Source: Halapricum sp. (GTDB lineage: Archaea; Halobacteriota; Halobacteria; Halobacteriales; Haloarculaceae). Taken from it: 58,521 nucleotides of DNA. Under the pieces are notes generated by a model, which saw nothing but the letters and a program-made list of their open reading frames with translations, was not told the DNA's origin and ran no database searches. Below, in pieces: positions 50,821 to 58,521 of the stretch (position 1 is its first letter; the number at the start of each line of letters is the position of its first letter). The translations under genes were made by a program, and so were the position numbers. The stretch spans positions 1 through 58,521 of the forward strand of contig JAZKRQ010000001.1 of assembly GCA_036628575.1 (NCBI GenBank), in the 5' to 3' direction.

Positions 50821-53800
50821 ATGAGCAAGGACGTCATCGAGGTCCGTGGGGCAGAGGAGCACAACCTCAAGGACGTCGACGTCGAGATCCCGCGCGAGGA
50901 GTTGACAGTCGTCACCGGCCTGTCCGGCTCAGGGAAATCGTCTCTCGCCTTCGAGACGGTCTACGCCGAGGGCCAGCGCCGTTACATCGAGTCGCTGTCG
51001 GCCTACGCCCGGAACTTCCTGGGCCAGATGGACAAGCCGCAGGTAGAGAACGTCGAGGGGCTCTCGCCGGCGATCAGCATCGACCAGAAGAACGCCGCCA
51101 ACAACCCCCGTTCGACCGTCGGGACCGTCACCGAACTGCACGACTATTTACGACTGCTGTACGCTCGGATCGGCGTCCCACACTGCCCCGAGTGCGGCCG
51201 CGAGGTCGGCGAACAGTCCGCCCAGAACATGGTGAGTCGGATCCTCGAACTGCCCGAGGGGACGCGGGCAAAGCTGGCCGCGCCGATCGTCCGCGACCAG
51301 AAGGGGGCCTTCGAAGACCGCTTTGACGACCTCGTGAGCGAGGGCTACGCCCGCGTCGAGGTCGACGGCAAGGAGTACGACCTCACGATGGACCAGCGTC
51401 AGACTGCGTCTGACGAGCAAACGGGTCCCGGCGGGACCCGTGGACGACCGGACCTGGACGAGAACTACGACCACACTATCGACGTGATCGTCGACCGCGT
51501 GAAAGTCACTCCCGAGGCGCGCTCGCGGATCACCGACTCCGTCGAGACAGCCCTCGACGAAAGTGGGGGCATCCTCAAGGTGATCCTGCCCGATCCGCCC
51601 GATGACGTGGAACTGGGCGGGGCAAACGCCCGATCGACCGGCGACCTCGCGGGCGCGGGTGACAGCCCCGATCACAGCGGCCGCGACCGCCTCGTGGTCG
51701 AGTTCTCGGAGGATCTCGCGTGTACGCACTGCGGGATCGACATCTCAGAGATCGAGACCCGCAGCTTCTCCTTCAACTCCCCGCACGGGGCCTGCCCCGA
51801 ATGTGAGGGGATCGGCGAGACCAAAGAGGTCGACCCCGAACTCGTGGTAACCGACGCCAGCAAGCCCCTGAAGGACGTTTTCGAGCCCTGGAGTTACAAC
51901 CGGACCTACTACTCCCGGCAGATCGACAACGTCGCCGAGCACTTCGGCGTCTCCGTCGAGACCCCCTTCGAGGATCTGGACGAAGATGTCCGCCGACAAT
52001 TCCTCTGGGGCACCGACGAACAGGTCCACTTCCAGTGGACGACAAAGAACGGTACCCGCGAGAAGACCGAGCGTTTCGAGGGAGTCATCAACAACCTCGA
52101 ACGGCGTCACGTCGAGACCGACTCCGATCGGGCCCGCGAACACATCGAGGAGTACATGGCCACGACGACCTGTCCCGCCTGCGAGGGCACCCGCTTGAAG
52201 GCCGAATCCCGCGCGGTGCTCGTGGACGGTGTTTCGATCACCAAGGTCAACCGGATGGCCATCGGCGACGCCCTGGAGCACTTCCAGGACCTGGAGGCGA
52301 ATCTCGACGCGCGCGATACGAAAATCGCCGAGGAGATCCTCAAGGAGATCCGCGCCCGCCTCGGATTCATGGAAGAGGTCGGCCTCGATTATCTCACCCT
52401 CGACCGGGAGGCTTCGACCCTCTCGGGTGGGGAGAGTCAACGGATCCGCCTCGCTACCCAGATCGGATCGGGACTGGTGGGCGTGCTGTACGTGCTGGAC
52501 GAACCCTCCATCGGCCTGCACCAGCGGGACAACGACCGCCTGCTCGACACGCTCGAAGAGCTGCGCGACCTCGGGAATACGCTGCTGGTGGTCGAACACG
52601 ACGAGGCGACCTGGCATCGGGCGGACAACATCATCGACATGGGTCCCGGCCCGGGCAAACGCGGCGGCGAAGTCGTCGTCAACGGCCCCATCGAGGACGT
52701 CGTCGCAGCAGGGGAGAGCGTCACCGGCGAGTACATCGCCGGCGAGCGGGCCATCCCGGTCCCCGACGGCCGCCGTGACGGCGACGGAACCGTCACGATC
52801 CGCGGCGCTCGCCAGCACAACCTCAAGGATCTGGAAGTGGATATACCCCTGGGCACGTTCACTGCGATCACGGGCGTCTCCGGATCGGGCAAGTCCACGC
52901 TGATGCACGAGATCCTCTACAAGGGGCTCGTCCGGCGGATGAACGATACAGATGTGAATCCCGGCGACCACGACGACATCGAAGGGATCAACCAGATCGA
53001 GACCGTCCGGCTGATCGACCAGTCGCCGATCGGTCGTACGCCGCGCTCGAACCCCGCGACGTATACGAACGTCTTCGATCACATCCGCGAACTCTTCGCC
53101 GAGACCAAGCTCTCCAAACAGCGTGGCTACGAGAAGGGGCGATTCTCGTTCAACGTCAAGGGCGGTCGATGTGAGGCCTGTGGCGGGCAGGGCAACGTCA
53201 AGATCGACATGAACTTCCTCAGCGACGTCTACGTGCCCTGCGAGGAGTGTGGCGGGGACCGATACAACGACGAGACCCTGGACGTCACCTACAAGGGCAA
53301 GACGATCGCTGACGTCCTTCAGATGAGCGTCGACGAGGCCCACGAGTTCTTCGAGAGTCACTCCGGCATCAGGCGTCGTCTGAAGCTCCTGAAGGACGTC
53401 GGCCTGGGCTATATGCGCCTCGGTCAGCCTTCGACAACGCTGTCCGGTGGGGAGGCCCAGCGGATCAAACTCGCCGAGGAACTGGGGAAAAAAGACTCAG
53501 GCGAGACGCTGTATCTGCTGGACGAACCCACTACCGGCCTCCACCCCGAAGACGAGCGCAAGCTGATCGACGTACTGCACCGGCTGTCCGACGACGGCAA
53601 CACCGTCGTCGTCATCGAGCACGAACTCGACCTCGTGAAGAACGCCGACCACATTATCGATCTGGGGCCGGAGGGCGGCGAGAACGGTGGCGAGGTCGTG
53701 ACGACCGGGACGCCCGAAGAAGTGGCTCGTGACGAAGACTCCTATACTGGCCAGTACCTCCGGGACCTACTGCCCGACGTGGAGATGCAGGGGCCGCGGG

Positions 53801-53841
53801 CCGACCGCGAGGTAGCACAGCCGGCCGCGGACGACGACTGA
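50821..53841 (+). CDS. uvrA: Excinuclease ABC subunit A
   Basis: GLSGSGKSS and GVSGSGKST, two LSGGE signatures, CxxC zinc modules. Confidence 0.97.
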   Translation: MSKDVIEVRGAEEHNLKDVDVEIPREELTVVTGLSGSGKSSLAFETVYAEGQRRYIESLSAYARNFLGQMDKPQVENVEGLSPAISIDQKNAANNPRSTVGTVTELHDYLRLLYARIGVPHCPECGREVGEQSAQNMVSRILELPEGTRAKLAAPIVRDQKGAFEDRFDDLVSEGYARVEVDGKEYDLTMDQRQTASDEQTGPGGTRGRPDLDENYDHTIDVIVDRVKVTPEARSRITDSVETALDESGGILKVILPDPPDDVELGGANARSTGDLAGAGDSPDHSGRDRLVVEFSEDLACTHCGIDISEIETRSFSFNSPHGACPECEGIGETKEVDPELVVTDASKPLKDVFEPWSYNRTYYSRQIDNVAEHFGVSVETPFEDLDEDVRRQFLWGTDEQVHFQWTTKNGTREKTERFEGVINNLERRHVETDSDRAREHIEEYMATTTCPACEGTRLKAESRAVLVDGVSITKVNRMAIGDALEHFQDLEANLDARDTKIAEEILKEIRARLGFMEEVGLDYLTLDREASTLSGGESQRIRLATQIGSGLVGVLYVLDEPSIGLHQRDNDRLLDTLEELRDLGNTLLVVEHDEATWHRADNIIDMGPGPGKRGGEVVVNGPIEDVVAAGESVTGEYIAGERAIPVPDGRRDGDGTVTIRGARQHNLKDLEVDIPLGTFTAITGVSGSGKSTLMHEILYKGLVRRMNDTDVNPGDHDDIEGINQIETVRLIDQSPIGRTPRSNPATYTNVFDHIRELFAETKLSKQRGYEKGRFSFNVKGGRCEACGGQGNVKIDMNFLSDVYVPCEECGGDRYNDETLDVTYKGKTIADVLQMSVDEAHEFFESHSGIRRRLKLLKDVGLGYMRLGQPSTTLSGGEAQRIKLAEELGKKDSGETLYLLDEPTTGLHPEDERKLIDVLHRLSDDGNTVVVIEHELDLVKNADHIIDLGPEGGENGGEVVTTGTPEEVARDEDSYTGQYLRDLLPDVEMQGPRADREVAQPAADDD
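51394..51444. repeat. In-frame double-hairpin segment inside uvrA
   Basis: cgtcagac-tgc-gtctgacg (51397-51415) and acgggtccc-ggc-gggacccgt (51421-51441). Confidence 0.7.
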
Positions 53842-53920
53842 TAGTGACTGCTGTAAGTTCGTGAACGTGTTCGACCCGCCGAGTGGTCGAATTCGTTCGA
53901 AATGTTACAGCCGATAGTAT
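53841..53920. mobile_element. 80-bp TIR miniature element, type A-like ends with a different core
   Basis: atagtgactgctgtaa...ttacagccgatagtat (12/16); central hairpin ttcgacc-N8-ggtcgaa. Confidence 0.65.
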
Positions 53921-54096
53921 CACTCGCGTGCGTTCTGTTTCTGGTGGTTGATCCGTTCGGCGACCACCGATGGGACGGTCGTCTGGCAGACTCGGCACTG
54001 CCAGCGCGGTCGCGTCGTCCCGTCGAGTTTGTGCAGGTCTTTCTCGTTTTCCAGTACCGCCCCGCACCCGTCGCAGGTGTAGGTCGTGCGGGCCAT
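53920..54096 (-). CDS. 58-aa zinc-finger microprotein (not in ORF track)
   Basis: MARTTYTCDGCGAVLENEKDLHKLDGTTRPRWQCRVCQTTVPSVVAERINHQKQNARE*. Confidence 0.7.
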   Translation of the reverse strand: MARTTYTCDGCGAVLENEKDLHKLDGTTRPRWQCRVCQTTVPSVVAERINHQKQNARE

Positions 54097-54207
54097 ACCT
54101 GTCCGTAAGACGGCGAATGCCCTCGGTTTTTCGGCGCGGGCGCTCGATTACCAGAAATCTTTACTCGGATCCGAAAAAATATATATGCACAGTACATACG
54201 CTCGAGT

Positions 54208-54351
54208 ATGTCCCTCAGTACCGAGGCGATGACGGCCTGTCCGGTGTGTGGTAGTAGCGACCGAGAAACGACCGAGCGCGAGCGTGTGCCCGGCGGGACC
54301 GATTGGCGGTACTTCGAGTGCAAGCGGTGTGGTCACGAGTGGCGAGCGTGA
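54208..54351 (+). CDS. 47-aa CPxCG zinc-ribbon microprotein (not in ORF track)
   Basis: MSLSTEAMTACPVCGSSDRETTERERVPGGTDWRYFECKRCGHEWRA*; TATA-like AATATATA about 25 nt upstream. Confidence 0.75.
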   Translation: MSLSTEAMTACPVCGSSDRETTERERVPGGTDWRYFECKRCGHEWRA

Positions 54352-54431
54352 ATCGCTGGTAGGGCGGCGAGCGCGACGGTGGCGATACGACCGCAGTTTT
54401 ATACCCCAGAGACCGGAATCTATCGATAAGA

Positions 54432-55388
54432 ATGTCAACCGGACGCATCAAGGGGAAAGTCGCGATCGTCGGAACCGGAGACGTCGGTTCCACAACGGCG
54501 TTCGCACTAATGAACAGCGGTACCGTCTCCGAAATCGCGCTGATCGATATCGACCGTGAGAAGGCCGAGGGAGAGGCGATGGACCTCTCTCACGGCGGAG
54601 CCTTCGTCGAACCCGTTGACATCTACGTCGGCGACTACGAGGACTGTTGGGACGCTGACGTCGTCGTAATCACGGCGGGAACGAGCCAGAAGCCGGGCGA
54701 AACCCGGATGGAACTGCTCGAACGCAACGTCGACATCTTCGAGGACATGGTCCCGCAGATCACCGAGCGGATCGATCCCGAAACCGTCCTGCTGGTCGTG
54801 ACCAACCCGGTCGACATCCTCTCCTATGTCACCTGGAAGGTCTCAAACCTGCCCTACGAGCGGATCATCGGCTCGGGAACGGTGCTCGACACCGCACGGT
54901 TCAAACAGGTACTCAGCCAGCACTGTGACGTCGCCGCCCAGAACGTCCACGCCTACGTCATCGGCGAACACGGCGACAGCGAGGTCCCAGTCTGGAGCTC
55001 CGCCCACCTCGCGGGGATGCCCTTCGACGATTACTGTGCGGCCTGTCTGCGGGACTGTGGTCCGGACATCAAAGAACACATCTCCGAGAAGGTCGCCGGA
55101 GCGGCCTACGAGATCATCGAGAAGAAGGGCGCGACCTACTACGCCGTCGCGCTTGCGACCACCGAGGTCATCGACGCCATCGTCCGCAACGAGGACACCA
55201 TCCTCACCGTCTCGACGCTCCTGCAGGGTCAGCACGGCATCGATGACGTCTATCTCAGCCTCCCCACCATCGTCAATCGTCGCGGTGTCCGGCAGGTCCT
55301 GGAGTACGATCTGACCGAGGACGAACACGAGCAACTCGTCGCGTCCGCGGAGACCCTCAAGGACAAGATCGACGAACTCGGCATCTGA
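54432..55388 (+). CDS. ldh: L-lactate dehydrogenase
   Basis: GTGDVG, AGTSQKPGETR (Gln at the LDH specificity position), VTNPVD, LDTARF, GEHGDS, KGATYY. Confidence 0.9.
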   Translation: MSTGRIKGKVAIVGTGDVGSTTAFALMNSGTVSEIALIDIDREKAEGEAMDLSHGGAFVEPVDIYVGDYEDCWDADVVVITAGTSQKPGETRMELLERNVDIFEDMVPQITERIDPETVLLVVTNPVDILSYVTWKVSNLPYERIIGSGTVLDTARFKQVLSQHCDVAAQNVHAYVIGEHGDSEVPVWSSAHLAGMPFDDYCAACLRDCGPDIKEHISEKVAGAAYEIIEKKGATYYAVALATTEVIDAIVRNEDTILTVSTLLQGQHGIDDVYLSLPTIVNRRGVRQVLEYDLTEDEHEQLVASAETLKDKIDELGI

Positions 55389-55476
55389 TCCGGTTCCGAG
55401 AGCGCGATTCGCGTTCGATCTTGGAGCTCCGCCGCTGGAACGAGCATTTCTTGTCACCGGCCACGGTAGCTCAATT

Positions 55477-56352
55477 GTGAATCTCGGGCTCGGGTACGCC
55501 ATCGCGTCGGCATTTCTGTTCGGTGGGTATCTCTACGTTATCAAGCGGTATTTCTCGCAGTACCCCTCGCCGGTGTACGTCGTGCTCGTCGAGGGACTGG
55601 CGTTCGTCTGGTACCTGCCGTTCGCGCTGTTGACGGTCGACGGAGGGTATCTCCCGGCCGGGGCGAGCCCGCGACTGTACGGCGTCATCCTGGGCGTATC
55701 GGCGATGACCGGGCTCGCACTGCTGTCGTTCCTGGAAGCGCTCCAGCGCGGTGCGGTCTCCTACGTCGCTCCGATCAGCAAGATAGTCCCCGTGTTCGTC
55801 CTACCCCTGGAGATTCTCTTACTGGGGCAACACCTGACAACTCTGCAAATCGGGGGCGTACTCGTCGCGACGGCCGCTATCTACGTCGCTAACTACCAGC
55901 CCGGGGAACTGTTCGAACCGTTCCGGCGAGCCGCGACGACACCAGCCGCCCAGCTGGCATTGGCCAGCGCCGCCGCGTTCGGCGTCGTCGACGTCGGAAA
56001 ACGATACATGATGCAGGAGCTATCGCTGCCACCCCAGACGTACGTCCCGGTGATGTTCTTCGTCGTGACCCTGCTCGTCTCGCCGCTCGCAGCCCGTGTG
56101 TCCTGGCCGGCGGAGACGCGGCAGGATCTGCCGAAGTTCGCCGCCGCTGGACTGATCGTCGCCGTCGGTAACCACCTGGTCATGCTGGCTTTTCAACTGC
56201 TACCCGCGAGCATCGGCTCGCCGATCGTCAACACCCAGGCCGTCGTTGCCGTCTTGCTCGGCGGCGTTCTCCTGAACGAAGAGGCGTTCCGCATAAGGCT
56301 GGTAGCCGCGGGGCTAGCCGTCACCGGGATCACGCTGATCACGCTGGGCTAG
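55477..56352 (+). CDS. EamA/DMT family transporter
   Basis: About ten TM segments in two repeats; VSYVAPISK. Confidence 0.85.
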   Translation: MNLGLGYAIASAFLFGGYLYVIKRYFSQYPSPVYVVLVEGLAFVWYLPFALLTVDGGYLPAGASPRLYGVILGVSAMTGLALLSFLEALQRGAVSYVAPISKIVPVFVLPLEILLLGQHLTTLQIGGVLVATAAIYVANYQPGELFEPFRRAATTPAAQLALASAAAFGVVDVGKRYMMQELSLPPQTYVPVMFFVVTLLVSPLAARVSWPAETRQDLPKFAAAGLIVAVGNHLVMLAFQLLPASIGSPIVNTQAVVAVLLGGVLLNEEAFRIRLVAAGLAVTGITLITLG

Positions 56353-56495
56353 TCGTCCCGGACGCCGTCGACGCGATACGACGTGTTGACCTCGTGGGTA
56401 TTCATGTCGTCGGCGACCGCCTTCGCCTTGGCCCGGCTGTCGAACGGTCCCTCTACGTGATCGCCCCGCATGGTCACGTAGTACACCTTGTCCAT
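56349..56495 (-). CDS. Small hypothetical protein (48 aa)
   Basis: MDKVYYVTMRGDHVEGPFDSRAKAKAVADD...; fills the gap, stop overlaps the EamA stop. Confidence 0.55.
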   Translation of the reverse strand: MDKVYYVTMRGDHVEGPFDSRAKAKAVADDMNTHEVNTSYRVDGVRDD

Positions 56496-56577
56496 AGTCC
56501 CCGTGAACCACTCGTTGTATATGGGTCTTTCTCCGAAAGCAGCAAGCCTTACCACCACGGAGAGATACCATCCAGTA

Positions 56578-57618
56578 ATGAGTACTCCCGAACTCGGTAA
56601 GGCTGACCGCGAGTTCTTTGAACAGCAGATCTATCCGCATCTGGGTGCCGACCGCGATGACGTGGTCCTCGAACCGCAGCACGGCGTGGATTTCGGGGTT
56701 GTCGACATCGGCGGCCAGGCGCTTGCGATGGCGACTGATCCCGTCTTCATCATGCCGGCTGTCGGCTTCGAGCGGGCGGCGTGGTTCGCGTTCCACATCC
56801 TGTTCAGCGACGTCGCCGTCTCGGGGCTCGACCCGGCCTACCTCAGCGTCGACTTCAACCTCCCGCCGGAGATCACCGACGAGGAGTTCGAGACAGTCTG
56901 GGAGACTTTCGACGAGGAGGCTCGGAAGCTGGGCGTCTCGGTCGTCACCGGCCACACCGCCCGCTACGCGGGCTGTAACTATCCGATGGTCGGCGGCGGG
57001 ACGACCATGGCCGTCGGAGACCACGACGACCTGGTCCGTCCCGACGGCGCGAACGTTGGCGATCGCGTGATCGTCACCAAAGGCCCCGCAATCGAGGCGA
57101 CTGGTCTGCTCTCGATCCAGTTCGAGCCGCTGATGGAGGAGGAAGTCGAGCCCGAGATCATCGGGGACGCGAAAGACCGCTTCTACGACATGAGCCCGAT
57201 CCGGGACGCGCTGACGACCGCCGCAGCCGGGCCGGTAACGGCGATGCACGACGCGACCGAGGGCGGGGTCTACGGCGGCCTCTTCGAGATGGGACGAGCC
57301 GCCGGAGTCGGAATCGAGATCGAACGCGACCGGATTCCGGTCCAGCCCGGCGTGATCGAAGCCTGTGAGTTCTTCGGTATCGATCCGTGGATCTCTATCA
57401 GCGAGGGGACGCTACTGGCGACGGCCGATCCCGACGGAGCCGACGACGTACTGGACGCCCTCGATAGTGAAGGGATTCCGGCGGCAGACGTCGGTGAGGT
57501 CGTCGACGGATCGGGCCTGATCGTCGACGGCGAACCCGTCGACCACCCCGGCAAAGACCCCTTCTGGGCGGCTTTCGAGGAGCACGCTTCGAAACTCCAG
57601 TCGGCTGATAGGGATTAG
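56578..57618 (+). CDS. AIR synthase-related (HypE/PurM-fold) protein
   Basis: GVDFG, ATDP, SDVA, VTGHT, MHDATEGG, ISEGTLL. Confidence 0.85.
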   Translation: MSTPELGKADREFFEQQIYPHLGADRDDVVLEPQHGVDFGVVDIGGQALAMATDPVFIMPAVGFERAAWFAFHILFSDVAVSGLDPAYLSVDFNLPPEITDEEFETVWETFDEEARKLGVSVVTGHTARYAGCNYPMVGGGTTMAVGDHDDLVRPDGANVGDRVIVTKGPAIEATGLLSIQFEPLMEEEVEPEIIGDAKDRFYDMSPIRDALTTAAAGPVTAMHDATEGGVYGGLFEMGRAAGVGIEIERDRIPVQPGVIEACEFFGIDPWISISEGTLLATADPDGADDVLDALDSEGIPAADVGEVVDGSGLIVDGEPVDHPGKDPFWAAFEEHASKLQSADRD

Positions 57619-57707
57619 CGTAGCCGATCGGAGATCTTTGGACTCCGATCAGGCGACCGGATTCGATTTCACGGGCGAAATCTATGGATTTCTACGCCAA
57701 TCCCTAT
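57608..57707. mobile_element. 100-bp TIR miniature element, type B
   Basis: atagggattagcgtag...ctacgccaatccctat (15/16); internal hairpin gatcggag...ctccgatc. Confidence 0.7.
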
Positions 57708-57785
57708 GAGTGATCGTGATTCCGGCCGTTCGACCACTGCCTGTTTTCAAAGAAAATTTATAAACAGTTCATCGTATTCCGAACG

Positions 57786-58521
57786 ATGGATCGGAAACGG
57801 GTTCTCGTGTTCGGGGTAGCGGCCGTCGGGGCGCTGGCGCTCGCGGTCGCCGCGGCGTCAGTCGCGGAGGCTGCCAGTGGTTCCGGGAGCGGCCGGCTGG
57901 TCGTCGATTTCGAGGGCGGACTGCTCGTCGATCTCCTCGGAACGCTACAGTTCGGAGGCGGCGGGAACGCGATGGGTGTCCCCGACGCCTTCGCGTACGT
58001 CCCCGGACTGATCGCGCTGGGGATGATCGGATACGCGTTCGTCAGCTACTTCGGGCTCGTGGAAATGGCTAGCACGGCCTCGCTGCTGTTCGTCGGTTTT
58101 CTCATGCTCACGATGTTTCCGCCGCAACCGCTCGGGGAACCGTGGCGGAGTGCCGGCGGTGGCAGAGGACCCATGACAGAGCAGGTCGAGCAGATGACCG
58201 AAGTCGGACAGGTTGTGACCGTCCATCTCACACCGATCGTGGGGACGGTCGCGCTACTGACGACTCTCTCTCGGTCGCTACGGTCGTGCTCACCCGCAGT
58301 GACCAACGGGACGACCCCGACATCGAACCGTTCGAGACGACCGGTCCGACGGAGGTCGAGTCACTGGGCACTGTGGCCGGCCGCGCGGCCGATCAACTCG
58401 ACGGGAAGAGATCGTTCGAGAACGCGATCTACGAGGCGTGGCGGGAGATGACGGCGTCGCTATCGGTCGAGAACCCCGAATCGACGACTGCGAGGGAGTT
58501 CGCAGACCGCGCGATCGGGAT
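57786..58521 (+). pseudogene. DUF4129-domain membrane protein, frameshifted; runs off the window
   Basis: TM-rich N-terminal part; after ctctctctc (58264-58272) another frame reads ENAIYEAWREMT..PESTTAREFADRA. Confidence 0.65.

Overview
High-GC haloarchaeal (Halobacteria) DNA: acidic proteins, Tat lipoproteins, leaderless starts. The glycosidase content plus ldh and cydAB suggest a saccharolytic facultative anaerobe (inference). About 1.3-37.3 kb is an accessory island bounded by AT-rich spacers. It holds an rdfA-sph3 cell-shape pair, two galE/galT/galK (Leloir) sets, two sugar ABC importers, two IclR regulators, GH42, GH27, GH4, two GH2, a GH5-like enzyme, a sulfatase and a mutarotase-like protein. 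Both galT copies follow a conserved 37-45 aa ORF missing from the ORF track. The right part has tsr3, cydAB, a bacteriorhodopsin-type cluster (brz, brp, carotenoid desaturase, LOV-Bat, probable blp) with nested mobile remnants where bop is expected, uvrA with an in-frame double-hairpin insertion, two unlisted zinc-finger microproteins, ldh and a frameshifted DUF4129 gene. An 80-100 bp terminal-inverted-repeat element (TSATAG...CTATSA) occurs five times plus a remnant and overlaps the stop codons of five genes. No rRNA, tRNA or CRISPR array was seen. All calls are by eye; no searches were run.
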